The position numbers were made by a program, and so were the translations under genes. Under the pieces are notes generated by a model. That model worked only from the letters and a program-made list of their open reading frames with translations, made no database searches and had not been told where the DNA came from. This document shows, one piece after another, positions 25,551-36,091 of a DNA stretch of 64,000 bases (positions are counted from its first letter, which is position 1; every line of letters starts with the position of its first letter). Source of the stretch: Psilocybe cubensis. Lineage: Eukaryota. The stretch lies in contig CM039008.1 of the NCBI GenBank assembly GCA_017499595.2, positions 186,001 to 250,000 on the forward strand, given 5' to 3'.

Positions 25551-26907
25551 ATACGGAACGGTGTCGGAAAGGTCGAAAGGATTTTGGCCGATGGCAACGA
25601 GTTCGTTGAGGAGAGCAAGATTCTGTGCACTTTCAGCTGCAGCTCTAGTTGCACTTCGAAGTTGACGATCTGTAGGGGGTGCAATATAACGAGTGCGAGA
25701 GCGACGAGTGCCAGAAGATGCAATTTTTGATGAAACCCGTCGCGGTGGGCTCCAAAATGATGAGCTGTCGTGGCTCTATGCAGTGCACAACACAATAAGC
25801 ACCAGCAAGTAACCAATATCAACGAGGCTCGGTAGTTGCGAGGCAGTTTTGAGGAGCAACCTGGCAAGGGTTTCGAAGCTCTCTGACGAGTGATATAGAA
25901 GGGGAACGCAGTTACGAAGTGAAACGAAGTCAAACGAAGTTTACGCGGTACGAAGTGAGAGACAAAGTTCGGGGGATCCAAAATCTCCTTCATTCCCTGC
26001 GGTATCGCACTACATAAGACAAAATTGAACCTATTCGAAGTACCTTAAGGAATTATAGCAATAAAATCGGAACATGAAAAGATCCTTGGCAAATATCATT
26101 CCAAAACAAACCAAATAGCAAGGGGAACATGAATTGAAAAGACAAATAAGTCAGTATGTACCTGGCACGAGGTTCGAACGCCATATCAGAGGTGAAACGA
26201 AAGTGATCGAAATCTGTGAGGGTTGAATCGAAAGAATGGTGAACCCCTAAAGCCCGAGTATGCTCGTATGCTTCGAAAGGTAGCTTCGAAAACCGTGGTA
26301 AGGTCAAAAAGTACGCGTTTTCAGTGGTCAGCGCAGTTTGATGCTCATCAACGAGTTCATCGTTAAGGAGTGAAACGTTGACCGTTTTTTTGAGTAGCCT
26401 TTGGCTTCCCTGAAAAATTTCCTTTTGATACAAACTTGAAAGTTGATAAACCCAATATACTTTCGTAAATTGACTTGAAAATACGCTGATATTCAAGTTT
26501 CGTTACCTTAAACTGTTTGATGAAGCATTAAGCCTGAGAAATTCCCAACAAGGATAACAAATATTTGATGAGCCTATGCAAGTTTAGATCTGTAGTACCT
26601 CGTGTGGCTATCCTCACTGACCTCCAAATTCGGATCATCAGACATCTTAAATTCGTATTCTGAGGCCATATATTTGTGAAGGAATAGACATCATATATAC
26701 CTTGACATTTGACAAGATAGCTACAAATAGTTATATGTAGTGTAACTATGATGTTCCGTTATCCATGTACTCTATTGGACAGATATGTCAGAAAGATAGT
26801 GCTGGATGATAACCTTACATCATCTGACAGGCCACGATAATATATAACACGCATTAACATTTGGGTGAGAGTCAATCACCATCTACTCTCCGTAACCCTT
26901 CATAAAA

Positions 26908-29900
26908 ATGCCTAAGGTGCGTTATTGTTTGACAGTAAAACCTCATACCATGTTCACTGTGAGTTTAATAGCATATCACAAGCGATCAGTACATTGGAAA
27001 CCCTCACAACCTTTCAGCCAAAGGGATCATACATCCTGATATTGAGCGACATGACCATTCTGGAGATACAGATCGTTATCTGCTCCCCACGCTCTTTGCG
27101 GGAGAGCAAGGAATTGTCATTACTGCTAAATATCCTGGGCCAGGAGTATTTCACATAACTGAAGGTGAGGACTCTATACCGCATAGTAATGGAGTAATTT
27201 GACTTGTCGCACATAGGTGAATGGCATGTTGAGGACATGGCTCAGCCGGGACACACTACCCTGTTGAAACCTGGCTCCGTGTTTCATGTGGAGGAGGGCT
27301 CAATTATTCGATGGAATACCAAATCACCTACTGGCGCAAAAGGTTATTTGACTTATTAAATTAAAGGTGTACCTTCTCTAATTTAATTATAACGCTCAGG
27401 TTTTGCAGTATTCCACTACTACTTACCACCTTATATGATATATACTGACTAGATTTCAGCACAACCTCATGTAAATCTGTCAGTGAATAAAGATATGAAA
27501 AATTGTGGTAAATAAATGAGATATCCTACCAGCCATTTATCAAAAAGCTGTGACACTTTTCATTCAATGCCAGCCCCATTTTTCATTCAATGCCAGCCCT
27601 ATTTTTTATTGGATGCCAGCCATATTTTTCATTGAATATCAGCTGAATTTATCATTGGATGCCAACCAAATTTTTCACAGAATGTCAGCCGAATTTCTCA
27701 TTAAATATCAGCCGAATTTCTCATTCCATGCCACCCACTTTTCTCATTCAATGCCAGCCGTATTTCTCATTGGATGCCAGTATCATTTAGATTACTTAAT
27801 GGCTGCATCATTCTTTCTAGATTACTTAATGAAATGATCTTGATGTCATTGATCTGATTAGAATTAGGCTTTGGACCATCATTGATGGACATGACATCAT
27901 GCTCAATTAGGGTCCTGGGCTTTTCCCTTTGCCTCGGCCCCTGGCTCTATAAATAGTGCTCATCCTATGCTACTTTTGTGCATTGCTGGCAATGGATTGG
28001 GCGCTTTTGGGGGCATTTCTGGACCGTTTTCCTTGGTCTCTTTTGGTATACCTATAGTTATAAAGTGTCCCAATCCGAATCTGAAATCAGAATTGCAATA
28101 TCTTTACTCATTATTGTGCAATTAAGTGTGCGATGTTTTGGTCAAAAAGCGCACCTTGAATAGCACCCTCCAGGGGTGGGTATTCACCCTTTTGACCATT
28201 CCATTATTTTTTATTTATGTTAGACAGAGTACATGCCAAGTTTTAGCTTAATTGGAGCAGTGGAACCTATTGAACTAGAATGTGCACCCTACCCCTCCTC
28301 CTACCCCTTGTACAAATGCCTTCCTGATCAGATAAATTCAGGCCCAACCAGGGCTGGGTAGGCATCTATTATACCAATTTTTAGAGCCCAAGATCTTGGT
28401 GCAATTCCAAGATTTAAGGGTACTACCCCCCACTCCCTCCAGAACTTGTGTATTTTATTATACCATAGGATGGGCTCTCAGACCATTAAAAAACATGTAG
28501 ATCTACTAATAACAGGACATAGAGTCCAAAATCTACCCTTAAAAACCCTCTGCAGCAAGGGAACATACTGATTCAAGGAGGGGTATGAGGACAGGTATGG
28601 TAGGTTATTGATTAGGTTATATCTCTACAAATACTTCTTTGTAAATCATATTCTTGACGTCTACAGATACCTATAGTTGCCCCCTAACTATCATTCTCAA
28701 GGTGCAAAAAGATCCGTCCATGATATGAGATGCTGCAGAGGGAATACCATTCTTTATCAAAATGCACAGTATTTTCGCATTTACCATATATAAATGATCA
28801 TAATCAGAAAATATAAAAGCAGGATAGTATAGCCCCAAAATGTAGCTTTCCATAACATTAATGATGTTGTGCATTGGACCAGTGGTTGTCGAGATATGGA
28901 AAGAAAGGTGTTGAAGAATCCATCAGAGACCCGGATGGATATTGGCCTTTATTTATGCTTTGTTTGTGGTCACCTCTTTGGCCTTTCTCCGAGATACATT
29001 TTGACATATCTCAGCTCATACTCATCGGATTTTCATGAATTTATATACCACAGATAGGTGTCATTTGGGGCTACACAACCGTATCATATTTGTATTTTTT
29101 GGGTGTTATCTTGCCCATCATATTTCGCCTTTTCGCTATTTTTAGACAATTTTGCTTATTCTTCTTGTACAATTTTGTGAGGTGCTCTGGCTGTTTAGCA
29201 CACTGAATATAATATGTAGAGGACCATAATAGCTCTCAGTAGATGTATAATATGAGGATTTTGGTGAAGTATAAGCGGTGATATGCTCATATTAGGGTGG
29301 AAACCTAATGTCTTTTTGTTGACCTCATAACCAAGGTGTTCTTCTTTATCTAGAATGTTTCAAAGGTATGTATTGCGTTTCTGGTACTGTGTAGGACAGG
29401 TTTACATACTTATATGTACTGGAGATGTCCATTCTATCCTGTAATAAAATATATAATTTCTGGAGGGAATAGAGAATGGTACCCTTCAATCTTGGAATTT
29501 AATTGAGATTAAGGACTCTAAAAATTGATATAATGGGCGCCTAACCAACCCTAGCTGGGCCTGAATTTATCTGGTCAGGAAGGCATTTGTACAAGGGGTA
29601 GGAGGAGGGGTAGGGTGCACATTCTAGTTCAATAGGTTCCACTGCTCCAATTAAGCTAAAACTTGGCATGTACTCTGTCTAACATAAATAAAAAATAATG
29701 GAATGGTCAAAAGGGTGAATACCCACCCCTGGAGGGTGCTATTCAAGGTGCGCTTTTTGACCAAAACATCGCACACTTAATTGCACAATAATGAGTAAAG
29801 ATATTGCAATTCTGATTTCAGATTCGGATTGGGACACTTTATAACTATAGGTATACCAAAAGAGACCAAGGAAAACGGTCCAGAAATGCCCCCAAAAGCG

Positions 29901-30545
29901 CCCAATCCATTGCCAGCAATGCACAAAAGTAGCATAGGATGAGCACTATTTATAGAGCCAGGGGCCGAGGCAAAGGGAAAAGCCCAGGACCCTAATTGAG
30001 CATGATGTCATGTCCATCAATGATGGTCCAAAGCCTAATTCTAATCAGATCAATGACATCAAGATCATTTCATTAAGTAATCTAGAAAGAATGATGCAGC
30101 CATTAAGTAATCTAAATGATACTGGCATCCAATGAGAAATACGGCTGGCATTGAATGAGAAAAGTGGGTGGCATGGAATGAGAAATTCGGCTGATATTTA
30201 ATGAGAAATTCGGCTGACATTCTGTGAAAAATTTGGTTGGCATCCAATGATAAATTCAGCTGATATTCAATGAAAAATATGGCTGGCATCCAATAAAAAA
30301 TAGGGCTGGCATTGAATGAAAAATGGGGCTGGCATTGAATGAAAAGTGTCACAGCTTTTTGATAAATGGCTGGTAGGATATCTCATTTATTTACCACAAT
30401 TTTTCATATCTTTATTCACTGACAGATTTACATGAGGTTGTGCTGAAATCTAGTCAGTATATATCATATAAGTGGTAAGGACCACTCAGTATTCAGTGTT
30501 CCGATATCCGTCAAAAGCGTCGACGAATTTATAATCGATAATTAG
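26908..30545 (+). pseudogene. EutQ-like cupin, array copy 6, last exon split by a foldback element
   Basis: MPK|HITSDQYIGNPHNLSAKGIIHPDIERHDHSGDTDRYLLPTLF...KYPGPGVFHITEG|EWHVED...KPGSVFHVEEGSIIRW...K|GFAVF, then insertion 27414-30486, then SVPISVKSVDEFIIDN*. Confidence 0.85.
27414..30486. mobile_element. Non-autonomous foldback DNA element with ~0.9-1 kb inverted arms
   Basis: 27422-~28330 is the near-perfect reverse complement of ~29570-30479 (mirror ORFs in the track), with diverged pairing for ~150 bp further inward. ~23-bp subrepeats (TTTTCATTCAATGCCAGCC-like) lie in each arm. An 8-bp direct repeat CAGTATTC flanks it (27406-27413, 30487-30494). No transposase ORF. Confidence 0.9.
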
Positions 30546-31624
30546 TTTAACCGATCCATATGGAAGTGAATAAATATCCAGATTGTAAACCAGAGTTTGT
30601 GTTTGACCTACCGGCTGATTACTTTCAGTCCGCTCCTCAACAATACAGTCCGCGATTCGCAGTTGTCATTTAAGACTCCGCTCGAATATGCTCACACAGT
30701 AAATGTGCACGGGCCATTGTGGGAACTTCAACTTGGCTGGAAATTTGTCTCATGGTATTTTGGTCTGTACATCTAAATCGACATTCTTTTTTGGGGGCAA
30801 AATGTCCAATCCATCTTTGCATATCCTTTGAATTTGCAGGAGTAACCTATGGTCGCCAATCAGTACTTGATATTTAAGGAGGTGAGTTATATTGCTATCA
30901 TTGAGTACCCCAAGCTAATCTTCCCAGTACGTTGTGTTTATACAAGTCGATACTTTTTGTTCGTACTGCTTTCCCTTATATGCCTCATGAGACTGCTATT
31001 TCGGGCACGTCGTTTATGCTTCTATTTCATTAGCGGACAAAGAACAGCCAAAATCGAACTCAGAATGGCAGAACGTCAGTATTTGTGCTAGATTAGCTGC
31101 TTTGAGAGCACACGAACTCAATTCATCCTGGGCAACGTCAGTCGGAGACGAATTATCCAATTCATGAGAAGATGCGGAAGCCGCGAAGTGTGATATTCGT
31201 CTCCACCTACCCCTTCTAATTTACATAATAGAAACACATAGTTCGCTGTCCGAAGTGCACGAAGGTTGTCATAGATCACGTATACTTTCCAAATGATGCC
31301 CTGTACTATGATGTATTTAACATTTCATTTCCACAATGAAGGTCAAATTTGGTCAAATATGAACAGCATATACGCCACTGTGTCCCAATTTGTGTGCATG
31401 GTCTAATAAAAGTTCAGGAAGTAATTTCAATGCGGATACTCTCGCAGTTATATGGGGTTTAGACAGATATTAAAGGCTAGAAGGGCGTCACCTGCACACC
31501 GGTCTAGTCATGCATCCGAAATGATTCAGATATTGGCGTGGAATCAGTTCAGGCTTCATTAAATCTATAAAAGAGACATATATTTGTGCGTACATTCATC
31601 TCTCAAACAATAACCCGAGTCTCA

Positions 31625-32205
31625 ATGCCCAAAGTAGGCTTTACAAGCGTGTTAACCAGGTTTAAAACATTGATCGTCGTCTCTTGCACAGCACATTCCA
31701 AGCGAGCACTACGTTGGGAAGCCCTACGAAGTGGCCAGCAAAGCCTTAATTCATCCACATATCGAACACCATGACCATCCTGACGACGCAGAGCATTATC
31801 TGCTCCCAGTAGTGTTCGCTGTTGATAAAGGAGCCTCCATACTCACCAAGTATCCTGGCCCGGGTGTCTATCACATCACCAAGGGTGAGTGACGCGAAAC
31901 AGACTGTTTTCTCCTACCCATTAACAGCCTGTATATTTTACCAAGGCGAGTGCATCCTTGAATACGTCACCGAGCCTGTACACAAGACCGTCATAAGCAC
32001 AGGCTCTGTTATCCACATCGAAGAGGGTGCGTCGATTCGTTGGATCTGTGAATCAGAAGCAGGACTCAAAGGTACATTTGAGCTTTGATTGCTCCTATTC
32101 ACGGCTCATAATTACACAGGCTTCGCGGTATTCCATGTTCCGGTGTCTGTCAAGGCTATGGAAAGGAATGAATCGTGGACAGTAATAGACAAGCACTCAA
32201 CATGA
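31625..32205 (+). CDS. EutQ-like cupin, array copy 7 (divergent C-terminus)
   Basis: MPK|HIPSEHYVGKPYEVASKALIHPHIEHHDHPDDAEHYLLPVVF...KYPGPGVYHITKG|ECILEYVTEPVHKTVISTGSVIHIEEGASIRW...K|GFAVFHVPVSVKAMERNESWTVIDKHST*. It lacks the family DEFxV end. Confidence 0.8.
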
Positions 32206-32554
32206 TCGTGGAACTTGTTTCAAGAAACCTATTTTAATGAAGAAACTACATCGTTTGCGTTGATATATTTAAAAATTGACCTACGGCACTATATCTTGAA
32301 TAGGCCAGGAAAGCGATAGAAGACAGTATCTTGTCATTTGACAATGTGACCAGCTGTACGAACCATTAGCTTGATGTCAGGGTACGTATTGGTGCCACCC
32401 CTATCCGTTATCGTTATCTGTTACGGTCCCACGCTGTCATGCCTTGTTCTATCTTTGTGTTCGGTCCCACGTCTATCGTTCTCCTGTTTCATCTATTGAT
32501 AGTTGTCATATGTCGAGTACTCTGGTCCGGGAAGTAGTTACTCCGGTCTCCATG

Positions 32555-32664
32555 TATATATAGGGTCCTGGGGTCAGTAGTCAGACCCCAGCTTCGATAT
32601 CAACTTGGTCTTTGGGCACTCTTCTCTCTTGACTTAAGTCGATTCCTAACAGCATATCGAAGCT
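32555..32664 (+). promoter_or_regulatory. LTR TATA box plus putative self-priming pair
   Basis: TATATATA at 32555-32562. AGCTTCGATAT (32590-32600) is the exact reverse complement of ATATCGAAGCT (32654-32664), which lies at the PBS position just after the LTR. Confidence 0.75.
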
Positions 32665-32742
32665 ACCCAACGTTGCCCTGGTACTCTATCCACTGCAGCG
32701 CTCGTCTACCCCACTCTACCTTGCCCCCACCTACTATACTCT

Positions 32743-33639
32743 ATGGCTGACCCTCCTTCGCCTTACGATGGGTTCATGACGATGTCTCTCGACGACCGTT
32801 TCGCCCTCCTCTTTAGGGCACAGCAAGTCCGGTTTGACGCTGATAAAAAGGTTGATGACCAACTGTCTGCCATCGAGTCTAAACTCGAACGCCTCACAGC
32901 CTCCCTACCCAAACCGCCTGCCGCTCCCACTCCCTCTGCTCGCGCACCTCGCGCTCGACGCACCTCTAGGAAGGAACGCCCGGCTGCACCTACCTCTACC
33001 CCTACTACAGGGCCCCCGCACTCCCAATCCATCCGCTCTACCACTACCAAAGCCGCCCTCGAGAAGATCGTCGCTACCCTGTCTATTGCGGACGAACAGG
33101 CTGGCCACGTCATAGGGCGCGCGGGAACTGGCTTACGCCAAATCCACGACATCTCGCATGCAAAGATCTCAGTCTCCCCCGTCGTCACCTCCGGTTTGCG
33201 TGCCGTCACTATCAGGGGCACCGCTCGTGAAGTCGGTGATGCTCTCTCTGCTATCGGCAAGCGGATTGCCCGTCGTCGCATCCGCAACCCTAGGTCCAAG
33301 AAGCCTAAACAGCCTCCTGCGCCCACTGCTGCCCCTCCTACCCTCGTCGTTGAACCTCCTTCTCCTACTCCAACCTCGAGCTCTACCCCAACTACGCGGA
33401 CATCCCGTTCCGGGACGGCTTCTCCGCACTCGCCCACTCCTACGGCTGTTGACACTCGCTCCAGCCCATCCTCGTCGCTCGCCCCTGGTTCGCCTATGGA
33501 GGTGGACGCTCTCAGGGCTCCGCAGCAACACTCTGACGGTTACTCTCGCCCCGGGCCAGTTCAGCCTAGGGAGGGAATTCAGACCGCGCGTCGTGGCGGT
33601 GGACCGCCTCGTGTCTTTGGTGCAAACCGTCCACGGTGA
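32743..33639 (+). CDS. KH-domain RNA-binding protein (298 aa) inside the mini LTR element
   Basis: Intronless ORF. Type I KH pattern TLSIADEQAGHVIGRAGTGLRQIHDISHAKISVS...RAVTIRGTAREVGDALSAI with the GxxG loop intact; helical or coiled-coil-like N-terminus; Pro/Ser/Thr/Arg-rich flanks. Confidence 0.85.
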   Translation: MADPPSPYDGFMTMSLDDRFALLFRAQQVRFDADKKVDDQLSAIESKLERLTASLPKPPAAPTPSARAPRARRTSRKERPAAPTSTPTTGPPHSQSIRSTTTKAALEKIVATLSIADEQAGHVIGRAGTGLRQIHDISHAKISVSPVVTSGLRAVTIRGTAREVGDALSAIGKRIARRRIRNPRSKKPKQPPAPTAAPPTLVVEPPSPTPTSSSTPTTRTSRSGTASPHSPTPTAVDTRSSPSSSLAPGSPMEVDALRAPQQHSDGYSRPGPVQPREGIQTARRGGGPPRVFGANRPR

Positions 33640-34060
33640 AGACCAGGTCGTTGGGACACCGACCTTTAGAGGGGAGGTGATGTCAGGGTACGTATTGGTG
33701 CCACCCCTATCCGTTATCGTTATCTGTTACGGTCCCACGCTGTCATGCCTTGTTCTATCTTTGTGTTCGGTCCCACGTCTATCGTTCTCCTGTTTCATCT
33801 ATTGATAGTTGTCATATGTCGAGTACTCTGGTCCGGGAAGTAGTTACTCCGGTCTCCATGTATATATAGGGTCCTGGGGTCAGTAGTCAGACCCCAGCTT
33901 TGATATCAACTTGGTCTTTGGGCACTCTTCTCTCTTGACTTAAGTCGATTCCTAACACTTGAGAAAATAATCTGTCGAGTTTTTCTTACACGATATAAAG
34001 AGCCTAAAATCTTTGGACGAGACTCCAATCGCCATCTAAACTTCATATTCATTGATTAAC

Positions 34061-34612
34061 ATGCCTACAGTGTGTTTCCATTCGAATGTCATCAACAATT
34101 CTGATCGAAAATTTAATAGCATATTACAAGCGACCAGTACATTGGAAATCCCCGCGAAGTCTCACCTAGGGGTCTCATACATCCTGACATTGAGCGTCAT
34201 GACCATTCTGCGGATACAGATCGTTATCTACTCCCTACGCTCTTTGCTGGAGACAAAGGAGTCGTCATTACTGCCAAATATCCTGGACCGGGAATCTTTC
34301 ACATAACTGAAGGTGAGTCCCCTTGCTTAATGGTAATGGCATGATTCTACTCAACATAAATAGGTGAATTTCATGTTGAGGATACGTCGCAGCCGGGGCA
34401 TACTATCCTGTTGAAACCTTAGGCTCCGTGTTTCATGTGGAAGAGGGCTCGGTTATTCGGTGGAACTGCGAATATCCTTCTGGTGTCAAAGGTTAATTAG
34501 CTTTTAGAGGCAGATATTTCTTTGCTAATTCAATTTCGAACAATAAGGTTTTGCGGTATTCCATGTCCCGACGTCAATCAAAAGCGTCGATGAATTTATA
34601 ATCTATGATTAG
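34061..34612 (+). pseudogene. EutQ-like cupin, array copy 8, frameshifted
   Basis: Closest to copy 6 (HITSDQYIGNP...HPDIERHDH). Exon 3 reads AAACCTTAGGC versus AAACCTGGC in copy 6, a 2-bp insertion that creates TAG at 34420-34422. Confidence 0.82.
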
Positions 34613-34711
34613 TTGAGCGGAGCTTAAGAAGAAGGCAAACAAGTAGTCAGATATCAATCAGAATTTTGATTAATAGTTATATGGTCAATACCTTCCATCC
34701 GTTCTTCACTA

Positions 34712-34924
34712 CACTGCTGGCGCTGATACATATTTGGTAGAAAAATATGTATTGGTAATTATGTTTCCTGTTGGTTTTTGACGTGTTTTTCTCGTATATA
34801 GAGTCCGGGGTTACCCAATTAGGGAAGCCCGAAGCCTATATTCCAATAAAATACGTCAAAAAATATAGGAAACATAATTACTGGGTCTTATTTTCTTTGA
34901 AAATATGTATGAGCGCCAGCGGTG
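34712..34924. mobile_element. 213-bp MITE with CACTG-type ends
   Basis: TIR CACTGCTGGCGCTGATACATATTT versus CACCGCTGGCGCTCATACATATTT; 3-bp TSD CTA (34709-34711, 34925-34927). Confidence 0.8.
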
Positions 34925-35063
34925 CTACCTTGGCTGGCCAGTGCCGAAAGTCTGCCCTAATGTGTATTTTCCCACATGACACCCGATCGTCACATCCAGG
35001 TCACATCACAGGCCAATGTTCACATTTGTTTTGATTGTCATGCTACGAATAATCCGGAAAAAA

Positions 35064-36091
35064 TTACGCTGCCCTCCTCTGTTGACCACTAATTAAATAA
35101 ACAGCTGCCCTCATCTCCAACAAAGGGTCTTCGCTGGGCTCGACTCCTTTGATCCTTGGAATCGGATCGAAAATGATGTATTTCTCCTCTTTCTTGCTCT
35201 GCGCTTCGTCCATCAACTCTTCAATTCGCACAACCCCCAGTTCTATCAATTGACGCTCTTCAGGCCAGTGAACAGTCGCGTCATCTGTGATATCACCCTC
35301 TTCTGCGATTTGTGCGACGAGTTTGAAGGTGAAAGGGCCAGACCCAGTGGGGGAGAGACGAGTAGAGAGCTCGTCGTGCAGGTAATTGTGACCCTTCGTT
35401 TTCGTCTCTTCTGATGATAGAACGGATACCTCATTTTCGGGGACAAACCGATATCGCACATAGGTCTCTATGCCCTCGGAACTGACTAATTTGACAGCTG
35501 TGACACCGAAGTATACATCTGACGCGAAACTTTCTGGCGCAGGCTTCGGCGCTTGCACGAACTTGACAGTAGCCGGGTGCGAAGCCAGGAACTTCTCCAC
35601 AGGTGAGGGCGACTCTCCTCCAGCTCCAGATGCCTCCACCGCTTTCAAGAACTCCAGAAACTCGGCACCTGTTCTCGTAGGGAAGAAAGGCGTCGAGTGT
35701 GCAATGATATCTGTGTGTACCCGCCTCCCATTAGCGTCCAACCCAAGGTTGAAGCGTACGGCGATTCCACGAGGGTCTGCATTTCCGTCGTTATCAGGGA
35801 TATTGGGAATGCCCGTGGAGTTGGAGAAGCGGACTATGATGGGAGTGGAGGCAGCATGGAAATGTGGGGCGGAAGAGAGGGTTGCGGCAGCAGCAGACGG
35901 GGTAAATGTGCCTGTCAACAAGAATCCTTTCGCGTGTGCTAACAGAAAAGATTTTGGTATGTGACTCTCTATGTTTATGTCTTGCAAGACGTACCAGGTC
36001 GCATGCCTGCATGTTTTCCAAACAGCTTCTGTAATTGTTCAACGAGGTCGCTGCTTGTCTGGATGATGAATTTGTCGGTTGGGAACGGCAT
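35064..36091 (-). CDS. Catalase-related (SrpA-like) heme peroxidase, 2 exons
   Basis: MPFPTDK...FGKHAGMRP|AHAKG (distal His), VRFSN, DPRGIAVRF, FDPIP, and proximal Tyr motif DPLLEMRAAVY. Confidence 0.9.

Larger units (their letters stand above)
18789..26350 (-). mobile_element. Ty3/Gypsy LTR retrotransposon, full length but inactivated by nonsense mutations
   Basis: 593-bp LTRs at 18789-19381 and 25758-26350 with TGATGAG...CTCATCA ends; 4-bp TSD ACGA; tRNA-type PBS (minus strand TGGAGCCCACCGCG, ~25741-25754); PPT GGGAGGAGA (19382-19390). Confidence 0.95.
18249..26373 (+). pseudogene. EutQ-like cupin, array copy 5, last exon split by an LTR retrotransposon
   Basis: MPK|HIPSEHYVGKSYEVTNKTFIHPEIEHHDHPSDAEHYLLPTVF...YPGPGVYHITEG|...|GFAAFHVPVSVKGID, then insertion 18789-26350, then EFIVKE*. 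Collapsing the ACGA TSD restores the reading frame. Confidence 0.88.
32375..33957 (+). mobile_element. Non-autonomous mini LTR retroelement carrying a KH-domain ORF
   Basis: 277-bp LTRs at 32375-32651 and 33681-33957 (TGTCAG...CTAACA, one C/T difference seen), 5-bp TSD CTTGA (32370-32374, 33958-33962), PPT AGAGGGGAGG (33668-33677), no RT, integrase or protease. Confidence 0.95.

Noticed and set aside
27550..30352. Identical ORF pairs on opposite strands (95 aa and 61 aa)
   Set aside because: By-products of the inverted arms and their subrepeats, with non-ATG starts and no protein-like features.
32763..33805. Overlapping ORFs of 230 aa (-) and 215 aa (+) in the mini LTR element
   Set aside because: Shadow frames of the GC-rich KH ORF with no recognisable motifs.
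34420..34422. TA insertion in cupin copy 8 as a Tc1/mariner excision footprint
   Set aside because: The paralog has no TA target at this site and the pattern lacks a duplicated TA; a simple indel or sequencing error is as likely.
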